A program made the translations under genes and the position numbers. The notes beneath the pieces are model-generated. The model ran no database searches. It had not been told where the DNA came from and worked only from the letters and a program-made list of their open reading frames with translations. This document shows positions 31,594 to 42,144 of a stretch of 64,000 nt of DNA, piece by piece. The stretch covers positions 52,934 through 116,933 of the forward strand of contig CAWFPU010000006.1 of assembly GCA_963817845.1 (NCBI GenBank), given 5' to 3'. Numbering within the stretch: position 1 is the stretch's first letter; every line of letters starts with the position of its first letter. The stretch is from an uncultured Solirubrobacterales bacterium. GTDB taxonomy: Bacteria > Actinomycetota > Thermoleophilia > Solirubrobacterales > Solirubrobacteraceae.

Positions 31594-31633
31594 CGCGCAC
31601 GCAGCAGAGTCCCGGATGTCTGCTGCGTGCGCG
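31594..31633 (+). terminator. perfect 15-bp stem / 10-nt loop hairpin between carD and ispD (no U-tract)
   Basis: CGCGCACGCAGCAGA-gtcccggatg-TCTGCTGCGTGCGCG, read directly. The 3' arm contains the ORF-track ispD start GTG 31627. Confidence 0.5.
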
Positions 31634-32424
31634 ATAGCCTCACCGGCGCACCTGCCGTGGCAATCGCGCTGATCCTCGCCGCCGGCCGCGGCGAGCGGCT
31701 CGGCGCACGCATTCCGAAGGGCCGTGTCCCGCTTGGCGGACGCCCGCTGGTGATGTGGAGCATCGACGTCCTGCGCGAGCTCCCGGAAATCGAGCGCGTG
31801 GTCGTCACCTTGCCGTCGGAAAGCGCCGGCGCCGCTTCACAGCTCACCGGGGGGGCCTCCTCGCCGGGAAGCGAGCGTGCCGCGCCGGCGGAGCTCGCGG
31901 ACGCAGCAAGCAGCGCGGACAGCGCGGCCGCCCTGCCGCCGGAGATCCTGACGGTCCCAGGCGGATCCACGCGGTCTGAGTCGGTACGCCTGGCGCTCGC
32001 AGCAGCGGGGCCGGGCGATCCGGTGCTGGTCCACGATGCCGCTCGCCCGCTGCTGAGCGCAGAGCTTGCGCAGCAGACCCTGGCCGCGCTCGCTGGTCAC
32101 ACGGGCGCCGATCTGGACGCAGCGATCGCCGCCGCGCCTGTAGCCGACACGATCAAGCGAGCGAGCGACGGCGTTGTCGTCGAGACGCTCGAACGCTCTG
32201 GCCTGTGGGCTGTCCAGACTCCACAGGTATTCCGCCGCGCCGCCCTGGAACGCGCGCTCGAGGTGCCCTCATCGGTTCTCGCGCAGGCCACCGATGATGC
32301 CTGGCTGGTCGAGCGCGCCGGCGGTCGTGTCGCGATTGTCCCCTCTTCGAGCGCCAATCTGAAAATCACGACTGCGCTCGACCTGCAGCTCGCGGAGCTT
32401 TTGCTCGCCCGCCGCCCTGCTTGA
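31627..32424 (+). CDS. ispD: 2-C-methyl-D-erythritol 4-phosphate cytidylyltransferase
   Basis: ALILAAGRGERLG, VLVHDAARPL, WAVQTPQVF and an ITTALDL-type tail. There is an alternative start GTG 31657 downstream of the hairpin. The protein contains a low-complexity insertion of about 40 aa. Confidence 0.85.
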   Translation: MRDSLTGAPAVAIALILAAGRGERLGARIPKGRVPLGGRPLVMWSIDVLRELPEIERVVVTLPSESAGAASQLTGGASSPGSERAAPAELADAASSADSAAALPPEILTVPGGSTRSESVRLALAAAGPGDPVLVHDAARPLLSAELAQQTLAALAGHTGADLDAAIAAAPVADTIKRASDGVVVETLERSGLWAVQTPQVFRRAALERALEVPSSVLAQATDDAWLVERAGGRVAIVPSSSANLKITTALDLQLAELLLARRPA

Positions 32425-32436
32425 ATCGGGTCGCCC

Positions 32437-33276
32437 ATGCTCACCGACTACCACGTTCACCTGCGCCCCGATGACCTCGACGCGAGCGCGTCCGAGCACT
32501 TCACGCAAGCCAACGCTCAGCGCTACCGCGAGCAGGCGCGCGAGCGCGGGATCAGCGAGCTCGGCGTCTCAGAGCACGTCTACCGCTTCGCCGACTCGCT
32601 GCAGATCTGGCGCCATCCCTTCTGGGTGCGGTACGCCCACGACGACCTCGGCGAGTACTGCCGATTCGTGCGCGAGCAAACCGACCTGCGGCTCGGCATC
32701 GAGGCCGACTTCGTGCGCGGACGCGAGGATCGCACCGCCAGCCTGCTCGAGTCTTACGACTTCGACTACGTGCTCGGCTCGGTTCACTTCCTCGGTGACG
32801 AGTCGCTCGACATGGACGAGTACGGGGTTTGGCTCAGCGGTCGCAGCGCCGAGACGATCTGGCGCGACTACTTTCAGACCATCGCGCACGCTGCCACCAG
32901 CGGCCTGTTCGACGTTCTTGCACATCCCGACCTCGTCAAGGTGTGGGGAACAGCGCGACCGCTGCCGCCGGGCGACCTGCGTCGTTATTACGAGCCCGCC
33001 GTCGAAGCGATCGCCGAAAGCGCCATCGCCATCGAGGTATCGACTGCCGGCCTGCGCAAGCCCGTGGCGGAGCTATACCCGGCCGAGCCGTTCCTCGGTA
33101 TGTGCCTCGACGCCGGCGTCCCGGTGGCGCTGTCCAGCGACGCTCACCGTCCCGAGGACGTCGGCGCCGGCTACGAGCGCGCGCTCGAGCTGCTCGAGCG
33201 TCTCGGTGTCAGCGAGCTGTGCGTGTTCGACCGGCGTGCCCGCCGGCTCGAGCCGATCGGTGCGGCCGTGCGATGA
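32437..33276 (+). CDS. PHP-family histidinol-phosphatase-like hydrolase
   Basis: MLTDYHVHL, GVSEHVY, GSVHFL, VLAHPDL and SSDAHRPEDVG (PHP metal ligands). Confidence 0.8.
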   Translation: MLTDYHVHLRPDDLDASASEHFTQANAQRYREQARERGISELGVSEHVYRFADSLQIWRHPFWVRYAHDDLGEYCRFVREQTDLRLGIEADFVRGREDRTASLLESYDFDYVLGSVHFLGDESLDMDEYGVWLSGRSAETIWRDYFQTIAHAATSGLFDVLAHPDLVKVWGTARPLPPGDLRRYYEPAVEAIAESAIAIEVSTAGLRKPVAELYPAEPFLGMCLDAGVPVALSSDAHRPEDVGAGYERALELLERLGVSELCVFDRRARRLEPIGAAVR

Positions 33277-33764
33277 CACTCGTCGGCATCGGTTATGACT
33301 CGCACCGGCTCATTCCCGGCCGTAAGCTGATCCTCGGTGGGGTCGAGATCCCGTTCGAGCTCGGCCTGGACGGGCACTCCGACGCCGATGCGCTCGCTCA
33401 CGCGGTGATCGACGCGCTGCTCGGCGCCGCCGGCCTTGGCGATATCGGCGAGCACTTCCCCGACAGCGACGATCGCTGGCGCGACGCCGACTCGATGGCG
33501 ATGCTCGAGTCGGTTCTCGCCACGCTGTCCGAGCGCGCGCTCGCGGTCGTCAACGTCAACTGCACCGTGCTGATGCAGGAGCCCAAGCTCGGACCGCACA
33601 GGCTCGCCATCCGCGAGCGCCTGGCGCGCGGCCTGGGAATCGACCCGGCGCGCGTCAACGTCAAGGCCACCACCGGCGAGGGCATCGGCTTCGTCGGTCG
33701 CGGCGAGGGCGTGGCGGTGCTCGCGATCGCCGGCCTGGCGGCGAACGGGCAGCCGCATAGGTGA
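33273..33764 (+). CDS. ispF: 2-C-methyl-D-erythritol 2,4-cyclodiphosphate synthase
   Basis: GIGYDSHRL, GHSDADALAHAVIDALLGA and KATTGEGIGFVGRGEG. The ATG overlaps the upstream stop (ATGA). Confidence 0.93.
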   Translation: MTLVGIGYDSHRLIPGRKLILGGVEIPFELGLDGHSDADALAHAVIDALLGAAGLGDIGEHFPDSDDRWRDADSMAMLESVLATLSERALAVVNVNCTVLMQEPKLGPHRLAIRERLARGLGIDPARVNVKATTGEGIGFVGRGEGVAVLAIAGLAANGQPHR

Positions 33765-33876
33765 CCCCATGACGAGCGCGCGAACAGGCGGCAGGCGAGC
33801 CAGCGCGCGACCGTCGGGCTGTCAACGGGCGGTGTGCCGCCGTCAGGCCGAGCCGCTGGACTAGGGTTGCGCGGCG

Positions 33877-35267
<1,391 letters not shown>

Positions 35268-35271
<4 letters not shown>

Positions 35272-36002
35272 TCCTTTACGGCCGCAACCCCGTCCGCGAG
35301 GCGCTGCGGGGTCGCAGGTCGCGCAGCGTCGGTGAGATCTGGGCGATCGAGTCAGCCGTCAAGCACGAGTCTTGGCTGCAGGAGGCCAGCGTGCAGATCA
35401 CCGCGGCGCGCGAGATCGAGCGGCGCTGCGGCTCGGCGGCACACCAGGGCGTGTGCGCGCAGGCGGGCCCATATCCGTACGCCGGCGCCGAGGAGCTGCT
35501 GCATGGGCCCGAGCCGCTCGTCGTGGCACTCGACGAGGTACAGGACCCCCAGAACCTCGGCTCGATCTGTCGTACGGCCGAGTGCGCCGGCGCCGCCGGC
35601 ATCGCAATCCCGCAGCATCGCGCCGCCGAGATCACCCCAGCCGCGTGCAAGGCCTCGGCCGGAGCCGTCGAGCATCTCAAGATCGCGCGCGTGCGCAACC
35701 TCGCCGACTTCCTCGGCCTGGCCCGCGCGGCCGGCTGCTGGTGCTACGCGGCCAGCGCCTCGCAAGAGGGCTCGTCCGGTCGCCACCAGCCCACGGTGGC
35801 GTACGACACGGTCGACTACCGCGGCTCGGGAATCGTGCTGGCGCTTGGCAGCGAGGGCCGGGGCCTGCGCCCGCGTGTCGCCGGCGCGTGCGATCAGCTG
35901 ATCGCTTTGCCGATGCTCGGACGGATCGAGTCGCTCGGCGTAAGCGCCGCCGCGGCAGCGATTCTGTACGAGATCTTGCATCAGCGTGGGTCTCGCCCTT
36001 GA
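35268..36002 (+). CDS. rlmB: TrmH/SpoU-family 23S rRNA 2'-O-ribose methyltransferase
   Basis: ILYGRNPVREAL, DEVQDPQNLGSICRTAECAGA and LGSEGRGLR..LNVSAAAAI-like SPOUT motifs. GTG 35268 overlaps the cysS stop (GTGA). Confidence 0.85.
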
Positions 36003-36042
36003 CAAGGCTGCGCAACTGTGCCAATCTCGCGCCCACATAACG

Positions 36043-36094
36043 CTGAACCTAAGGTTCAGATACTGAGTATTGGCGCCAGGGGAGGAGTGCGCCA
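36043..36094 (+). promoter_or_regulatory. cluster of three palindromes in the AT-richer rlmB-sigH spacer
   Basis: CTGAACC-taa-GGTTCAG (36043-36059), ATACT-g-AGTAT (36060-36070) and TGGCGC-n12-GCGCCA (36071-36094), read directly. Function unknown (operator or RNA structure). Confidence 0.3.
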
Positions 36095-36156
36095 CTGAGC
36101 AAATCCGGGCTTTTTGCGTCTTCGGGCGCTTGAGCGAACGGAGAAAGGACCTGCTC

Positions 36157-36807
36157 GTGGCACTGAGGAACTCCCGCAGCCCTAACCCTGAAGTCAAGGT
36201 CGATGATGCCTTCTTGATTGCGCTCGCCAAGCAGGGCGACCGCGCCGCATATGACCGGCTGGTCAAGCGCTACCACGGCTTCGTCCGCCTGAAGGCCTCT
36301 TCCTACTTCCTGGCCGGCGGAGACGCCGACGATCTGATCCAGGAGGGCATGGTCGGCCTGTACAAGGCGATCCGCGACTTCCGCTCCGACCGCGAGTCGA
36401 GCTTTCGCAACTTCGCCGAGCTGTGCATCACGCGTCAGATCATCACCGCCGTCAAGACCGCCACACGCAACAAGCACACGCCGCTCAACCAGTACGTCTC
36501 GTTCTCATCCACGCCCACCGCGGCCGGCGACGACGTTCCCACGCTCGATCAGATGCTGCCGGGCCCGAGCGTGCACGACCCCGTCAATCAGGTCATCTCC
36601 TCGGAGGAGCTGCGCTCGCTCGTGGGCTGCCTGTCGACCGCCCTGTCCGAGCTCGAGAGCCGCGTCCTGTCGCTGTATCTCGACGGCTGCTCCTACGAGC
36701 AGGTGGGTGAGCGGCTCTCGTGCGACACCAAGACCGTCGACAACGCCCTGCAGCGCGTCAAGCGCAAGGTCGGCGCCCACCTGCAGGCCCGCGCCGTCGC
36801 GGCCTGA
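36157..36807 (+). CDS. sigH: sigma-70 family factor of the Bacillus Spo0H (sigma-H) type
   Basis: DLIQEGMVGLYKAIRDF..SFRNFAELCITRQIITAVKTATRNKHTPLNQYVS, LSLYLDGCSYEQV and DNALQRVKRKV closely follow my recollection of B. subtilis SigH. GTG 36157 has GGAGAAAGGA upstream. Not the actinobacterial ECF SigH. Confidence 0.85.
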   Translation: MALRNSRSPNPEVKVDDAFLIALAKQGDRAAYDRLVKRYHGFVRLKASSYFLAGGDADDLIQEGMVGLYKAIRDFRSDRESSFRNFAELCITRQIITAVKTATRNKHTPLNQYVSFSSTPTAAGDDVPTLDQMLPGPSVHDPVNQVISSEELRSLVGCLSTALSELESRVLSLYLDGCSYEQVGERLSCDTKTVDNALQRVKRKVGAHLQARAVAA

Positions 36808-36927
36808 GGCCGCCACCGCACGCGGCCAGCGCGCGCGCGCTCGCGCGTGCGCGCGGCCACCCGGTGAGGAGGTGGCCGCGGCGCGACTGCGATGCCGGTA
36901 GCCGGCGACTGCGAGGCCGGTAGCCGG

Positions 36928-38313
36928 TTAGATCTGGCCTTCGGAGGGCAACGAGCTATTGCTCGGAGGCTCGGGAGTCAGCGCGCCCGCCGCGGCCGGC
37001 GTCACTTCGACCGTCAGCAGCGGGCTTGCGGCTCCCTCGAATTCCGGATCGCCCGGGACCTTGATGCGGAACTTCTTGGCGCCCGCGACGAACGGGCTGT
37101 GCGTGATCGAGAAGCTGCCCGAAGCGCTCTCGACCCCGACATCCGCTACGTGGAAGCCCAGGCCGAGGGGATTCTGCACCTGCAGGTACACCGCGTGGCC
37201 CGGGCGCGCCGGCGTAACGGTGCCGGTGAACGTCAACGGCTGGCTCGCCCTGACCGTCGTCGGGCCGACTCCAGCGTTGTTCACCGTATACGTCACGCCC
37301 TCGAACATCCCCGTGGAGCTCTGGCCCGCGCCGGTCACCTTGTAGAAGACGCTTTGCAGCGGCGTCTGCGAGGCGAACGTATAGGCGCCGCCGGTCGTCG
37401 TGACGGCGTTTGCGATCGCCACGAATGCCTGGCTCGATCGCGGCCGCTCGAGCAACGTCACGGTCTTGCCGGCGCCTGCCGCAAGCGTGCCGGTGATCGT
37501 GGTCGATTGCCCGTACGGGACCGGCTCGGCTGAGCTGAAGATCGTCAACGCGCTGTTCTGCGCCTTCGATATCTCGTACGACAAGGGTTCGGATGCCGAG
37601 CGATAGCTGGACCTGGTAGCCCTCACCAGCACGCGGATGTTGGCGGCCCCCGGTAGGTAGAAGGTGTGGGTGATCGAGAAGCTGCCGTTCTGTCCGACGA
37701 CGCTCAGCGGACCGATCCGGTGCCACGCTTCGCCGCTGTTTGCATCCTCACGCTGCAGTACCAAAGTCGCGCCGGCGTCGGCCGGGCTGACGGTGCCGGA
37801 GAACGTAACGCGGCTGCGGTAAGCAGGGTGCGGGCCATGGTGGAGCAGCGGGCCCGACCCGGTGAACAGCTCGGAGCCGTCCGCGGGGCCGGTGAGGCTG
37901 ATCTTGGGCGCGACTCGGACGACTTTTTCGCCGCTCCGAGCGCCGAGCGCCGTCGCGTAGAAGGCCGTATCGGCGCTCAGCGCCGCGGACGTCAGCTGGT
38001 AGTTGCCAGCCTGATCGGTCGTGGCCGTTCCCGCGCTGCCGGCGGTGGCGCCCACAGGCGAGCGCTCCATCACGGTCACGGTCTGATTTGCGACGCTCCC
38101 TTCGGCGCAGCTCAGCCGGCCGAACACGAGAGCCGATTCGCCGGCTTCGATGTACCGCGGCGCGGCGTTCATCGACAGCTTGCAGCCTCCGCTCGGGTTC
38201 GCGGTCCGGCGTCCTGCGTGCTTGCCGGCGCCGCGTATCGCGTATGCGCCGGCCGGAGCCAGCGCGAGCGCCGCCGCCGCGAGCGCGGCGGTCGTCGGTT
38301 TGAAGATACGCAT
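36928..38313 (-). CDS. secreted protein with about four Ig-like/beta-sandwich repeats
   Basis: Signal peptide MRIFKPTTAALAAAALALAPAGAYA. Recurring ..G.V.P...G..V.LQ......W...G......G.FSITH.. units. Confidence 0.65.
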   Translation of the reverse strand: MRIFKPTTAALAAAALALAPAGAYAIRGAGKHAGRRTANPSGGCKLSMNAAPRYIEAGESALVFGRLSCAEGSVANQTVTVMERSPVGATAGSAGTATTDQAGNYQLTSAALSADTAFYATALGARSGEKVVRVAPKISLTGPADGSELFTGSGPLLHHGPHPAYRSRVTFSGTVSPADAGATLVLQREDANSGEAWHRIGPLSVVGQNGSFSITHTFYLPGAANIRVLVRATRSSYRSASEPLSYEISKAQNSALTIFSSAEPVPYGQSTTITGTLAAGAGKTVTLLERPRSSQAFVAIANAVTTTGGAYTFASQTPLQSVFYKVTGAGQSSTGMFEGVTYTVNNAGVGPTTVRASQPLTFTGTVTPARPGHAVYLQVQNPLGLGFHVADVGVESASGSFSITHSPFVAGAKKFRIKVPGDPEFEGAASPLLTVEVTPAAAGALTPEPPSNSSLPSEGQI

Positions 38314-38578
38314 CTGACCTCACCTCCTGGGGTTGAACTGGGGTCGAATGATCTGCTCTAGCCGCCAAGCGCGACCGACCAGCCGGTTGTTGGGCATCTG
38401 CGCCGGCAATACGTGGACCAGCTTCGGCTTCATCTCGATCAACCCTTCAGATCAGGCTTTGATTCGGTCTCTCTTGCGTTTGCTTTACCTGGCCCTGATA
38501 TGGGCGCTACCCGGTATCGCGACGGATAGTCCTGTGCGCGAGCCATCCCGGTGGCCGGCCCGAGATTCATGCCACCCG

Positions 38579-38825
38579 GATCGGGGCGCCGGGAGGGCCC
38601 GTACGCAAGGATCCGTATGGTCGCGCCGCTAACGGGAACCGGGACGGGCGTCTGCCGTGCGCATCGGGGCGCCGGGAGGGCCCGTACGCAAGGATCCGTA
38701 TGGTCGCGCCGCTAACGGGAACCGGGACGGGCGTCTGCCGTGCGCATCGGGGCGCCGGGAGGGCCCGTACGCAAGGATCCGCACGGTCCCCAGCGGGAAC
38801 CGGGACGGGCGTCAGCTGCGTGGCA
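38579..38825. repeat. 83-bp tandem repeat, 2 identical copies plus a diverged third, in a 620-bp divergent intergenic region
   Basis: Units begin at about 38581, 38664 and 38747. The period is confirmed by the shadow ORF starts 38657 and 38740. Each unit contains GGCGCC, GGGCCC, CGTACG and GGATCC. Confidence 0.92.
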
Positions 38826-38932
38826 GGAATGGTCCGTACGGGGCGGTATCTTCAGAGAACTGGGTCGCAGCGGCGTCTGTGCAGTGCCTGGGCGGCCGCC
38901 CGGCACGCGCAAACCGAACACAGGAGGCAGCG

Positions 38933-39532
38933 ATGAGCGCGTCACACCCGCGCGGGGGGTCGGAGTGGGAGCCGGACACGTCGATGTCGGAGCTGGGCGT
39001 CCTCGAAGACGCCGCCCGGTCCTGGTGGCTCGGGCTCGTCGTCGGGCTGCTCTCGGTGGCCGGGGGCGTCGTCCTGATCGTCTGGACGAAGCCGACGCTG
39101 ACCGTGGTCGCGGTGCTCGTCGGCATCGAGCTCTTGATCGGCGGCGTCTTCCTGATCATCGCCGCCTTCGGGCGGCCCGCCGGCTCGCGCTCGGGAGCGG
39201 TGCTCGCGGGCGCGCTGGCCGTGATCGCGGGACTGATCGTGGTGCGACATCCGAGCGGGAGCGTCCTGGTGATCGCGCTCGCGGTCGGCATCTACCTGAT
39301 TCTCGCCGGCGTCCTGCGGCTCGTGGGCGCGGTCGAGGCCAGTCGCGGCCGCGGCTGGCTTCTGCTGGGAGCCCTGTTCGACCTCGCGCTCGGGGTCGTG
39401 ATCGTGGCCTGGCCCAAATTCGGAATCACCACGCTCGCGATCGTGCTCGGCATAGTCCTGATCGTGCGCGGCCTCGGGCTCGTATTGATCGCCTTCGTGC
39501 TGCGCGCTGCCGGGCGCGAGCTGGCGCCATAG
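38933..39532 (+). CDS. HdeD/DUF308-like small membrane protein (6 TM)
   Basis: ATG 38933 with AGGAGG upstream. Repeated glycine-containing TM hairpins (WWLGLVVGLLSVAGGVVLIVW..). Confidence 0.7.
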   Translation: MSASHPRGGSEWEPDTSMSELGVLEDAARSWWLGLVVGLLSVAGGVVLIVWTKPTLTVVAVLVGIELLIGGVFLIIAAFGRPAGSRSGAVLAGALAVIAGLIVVRHPSGSVLVIALAVGIYLILAGVLRLVGAVEASRGRGWLLLGALFDLALGVVIVAWPKFGITTLAIVLGIVLIVRGLGLVLIAFVLRAAGRELAP

Positions 39533-39553
39533 CGCGGCGTCCGGAGTGACGAG

Positions 39554-41218
39554 ATGAGCGCGGGCGAGTCGGCGGCGGCCGGCGCGGCGAGGTCCGCCGG
39601 CGGCTCGGCCGGCGGCACGGACGCCAGCCAGGCCCGCGGCGCCGGGATGGTGCTGTTCACGCTCGCATCGGCTCAGTTCTTGATGATCCTCGACAGCTCG
39701 GTGATGAATGTGTCGATCGCGACGGTTGCCCGCGACGTGCACACGACCGTGACCGGGATCCAGACCGCGATCACGCTCTACACGCTCGTGATGGCCTCGC
39801 TGATGATCACCGGCGGAAAGATCGGCCAGATCCTCGGCCACAAGCGCGCTTTCGCGATCGGCTGCGTCATCTACGGCTGCGGCTCTGCGACGACGGCGGC
39901 ATCCGGAAGCTTGGCCGCGCTGATGGTCGGATGGTCCTTTCTGGAGGGCGTCGGCGCGGCGCTGATCCTGCCGGCGATCGTCGCGCTGGTGGCGTCCAAC
40001 TTCGGCCGCTCCGAGCGCCCGCGCGCCTACGGCCTGGTCGCCTCGGCCGGGGCGATCGCGGTAGCCGCCGGGCCACTGATCGGAGGCCTGTTCACGACCT
40101 ATCTGTCCTGGCGCTATGTCTTCCTCGGCGAGGTCCTGATCGTGCTGGCGATACTCATGCTGACGCGGCGCATCGCCGACGCGGCCACCGCCGAGCGCGT
40201 TCGCTTGGACCTGGTCGGGACCGTGCTGTCGGCGCTCGGGCTCGCGCTGATCGTGTTCGGCATCCTGCGCGCCGGCGCCTGGGGCTTCGTGCTGCCGAAG
40301 CCCGAGGCGCCACAGTGGCTCGGCCTGTCGCCCACCGTCTGGCTGGTGCTCGCGGGCGGCGTCGTCATATGGGTGTTCCTCGAGTGGGAGAGCCGTCAAC
40401 TGGGCCGCGGTCGCGAGCCCCTCGTGGACCCGGCGATGCTGCGAAATCGCCAGCTCCAGGGCGGTCTCATCTCGTTCTTCGCGCAATATCTCCTGCAGGC
40501 CGGGCTGTTCTTCACGGTGCCGCTGTTCCTGTCGGTCGCGCTCGGGCTCTCGGCGATCGAAACGGGCGTGCGTCTGCTGCCGCTGTCGCTGACGCTGCTG
40601 CTCGCCGCGGTCGGCGTCCCGCGCGCCTTCCCGCAGGCGTCGCCGCGCACGGTCATCCGAATCGGCTTCGTCGCGCTGTTCGCGGGCATCGCCGTGATGG
40701 TCGGCGCGCTCGACGCCGGCGCCGGACCCGAGATCGTGACCTGGCCGATGCTGCTTGCGGGTCTCGGCATCGGCGCACTGTCCTCGCAGCTGGGCAGCGT
40801 CACCGTGTCCGCGGTCCCCGACGAGCTCAGCGGCGAGGTCGGCGGACTGCAGAACACGCTCACGAACCTCGGCGCGTCGATCGGCACCGCCCTTGCCGGC
40901 GCCGTGCTGATCGCGGCGCTCGCCTCGTCGCTGCACACCGGGATCGAACAGAACGCGGCGGTGCCCGCATCCGTCAAATCGCAGGCCACAGTTCAGCTCT
41001 CGAGCGGCGTCCCGTTCGTCTCCGACGCCGACCTGCGCTCCTCGCTCGAGCAGGCCGGCGTGGCGCCGCCGACGGCCGACGCGATCGTCGAAGAGAACGC
41101 CACTGCGCGCCTGGACGCGCTGCGCGCGGCGCTCTCGCTGCTGGCGGTGATCGCGCTGGTGGCCATCTTCGCCACGCGCCGCCTGCCGACCGAACAGCCG
41201 GCCGCAGTCTCTACGTAG
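39554..41218 (+). CDS. MFS transporter, 14-TM drug:H+ antiporter (DHA2/EmrB-like)
   Basis: About 14 hydrophobic segments. Motifs LDSSVMNVSIATVARD and GGKIGQILGHKRAF (motif A-like). Confidence 0.9.
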   Translation: MSAGESAAAGAARSAGGSAGGTDASQARGAGMVLFTLASAQFLMILDSSVMNVSIATVARDVHTTVTGIQTAITLYTLVMASLMITGGKIGQILGHKRAFAIGCVIYGCGSATTAASGSLAALMVGWSFLEGVGAALILPAIVALVASNFGRSERPRAYGLVASAGAIAVAAGPLIGGLFTTYLSWRYVFLGEVLIVLAILMLTRRIADAATAERVRLDLVGTVLSALGLALIVFGILRAGAWGFVLPKPEAPQWLGLSPTVWLVLAGGVVIWVFLEWESRQLGRGREPLVDPAMLRNRQLQGGLISFFAQYLLQAGLFFTVPLFLSVALGLSAIETGVRLLPLSLTLLLAAVGVPRAFPQASPRTVIRIGFVALFAGIAVMVGALDAGAGPEIVTWPMLLAGLGIGALSSQLGSVTVSAVPDELSGEVGGLQNTLTNLGASIGTALAGAVLIAALASSLHTGIEQNAAVPASVKSQATVQLSSGVPFVSDADLRSSLEQAGVAPPTADAIVEENATARLDALRAALSLLAVIALVAIFATRRLPTEQPAAVST

Positions 41219-41421
41219 TTTCCCGCGGTCCGGGCTGGTACCGAGCCCCGATGTCAGGCTCGTGGGGCGCTCCTAGATTGTCTGCTCGGGGCCGCTTGCG
41301 CGGTCGCGGGCGGTCACGGGAAGGACCCGTGGGCACCGGGACCGAACTAGACCAAGTAACAAAGCGTCCAAGCTCAGGTATGGGCAAGTAGCAGGCATCA
41401 CAAGCTGAAAGGAGCGAGGCA

Positions 41422-41850
41422 ATGGCAGCGACGGGAGCTCAAGCGGGCGATGAAGCCCGCCTGAACGAAGAAGAAGCGGGCATGGGCTGGATCATGTTCG
41501 CCGGGATCATGCTGATGATCGCCGGCGTCCTGAATGTGATCTATGGCATCGCCGCGATCGACAACTCCAAATTCTTCGTCCACACCACCGAAACGCAGTA
41601 CATCCTCAGCGACCTCAACACGTGGGGCTGGATCACGCTGATCCTCGGCGCCCTGCAGATCGTCGCCGCCTTCTCGATCTGGGCCGGCGGCACGTTCGGG
41701 CGCTGGTTCGGCATCGGCATCGCCGGTCTGAGTGCGATCGGCGCGTTGATGGCGATTCCCGCCTACCCGTTCTGGTCGCTCGCCATATTCGCGATCGACA
41801 TCCTGATCATCTACGGCCTCGCCGCATATGGGGGCCGGCAGATCACGTAG
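41422..41850 (+). CDS. small 4-TM membrane protein (actinobacterial conserved hypothetical)
   Basis: ATG with GAAAGGAG RBS. GWIMFAGIMLMIAGVLNVIYGIAAI..TWGWITLILGALQIVAAF.. Confidence 0.7.
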   Translation: MAATGAQAGDEARLNEEEAGMGWIMFAGIMLMIAGVLNVIYGIAAIDNSKFFVHTTETQYILSDLNTWGWITLILGALQIVAAFSIWAGGTFGRWFGIGIAGLSAIGALMAIPAYPFWSLAIFAIDILIIYGLAAYGGRQIT

Positions 41851-41964
41851 GTTCCGCGCCGCGCGTCCGCGTGCAACGGACTCCCGACCCTGAGGCCAGA
41901 GCCCGCGCCGGTTTTCCGGTGCGGGCTCCGCGCCGCCTGCGCAGCGGGTACTCTGCGCGATCAC

Positions 41965-42144
41965 ATGGTCCTGGCGATCTCCACCGGCCTCGGAACCGGC
42001 CTCGGGATTCTCTACATCGTGCTGCTGCTCGTCCTCGGGCTGACGTCGATCAAAAAGGGTCACTGGATCATGTTCCTGATCGGGATCTTCATCCCGCTCT
42101 TCTGGATCATCGGGGCGCTGCTGCCGCCGGTGGACCGCTCGTAA
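41965..42144 (+). CDS. possible 59-aa two-TM membrane peptide
   Basis: Below the ORF-track size cut-off. Hand translation: MVLAISTGLGTGLGILYIVLLLVLGLTSIKKGHWIMFLIGIFIPLFWIIGALLPPVDRS-stop. Confidence 0.4.
   Translation: MVLAISTGLGTGLGILYIVLLLVLGLTSIKKGHWIMFLIGIFIPLFWIIGALLPPVDRS

Noticed and set aside
38579-38825. Tandem repeats at 38579..38825 (83 bp) and 57679..57846 (56 bp) as CRISPR arrays
   Set aside because: The units are directly abutting with no unique spacers between them, and no cas genes are present in the window.
38579-38825. The 83-bp unit as a riboswitch (vague resemblance of CCGGGACGGG..GGCGCCGGGAGGGCCCGTACG to guanidine-III/ykkC-type motifs, with transporter genes downstream)
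   Set aside because: The similarity is only a few GC-rich words, and I could not fold a matching pseudoknot. Three near-identical copies are not how known riboswitches occur. An Rfam scan is needed before any such claim.
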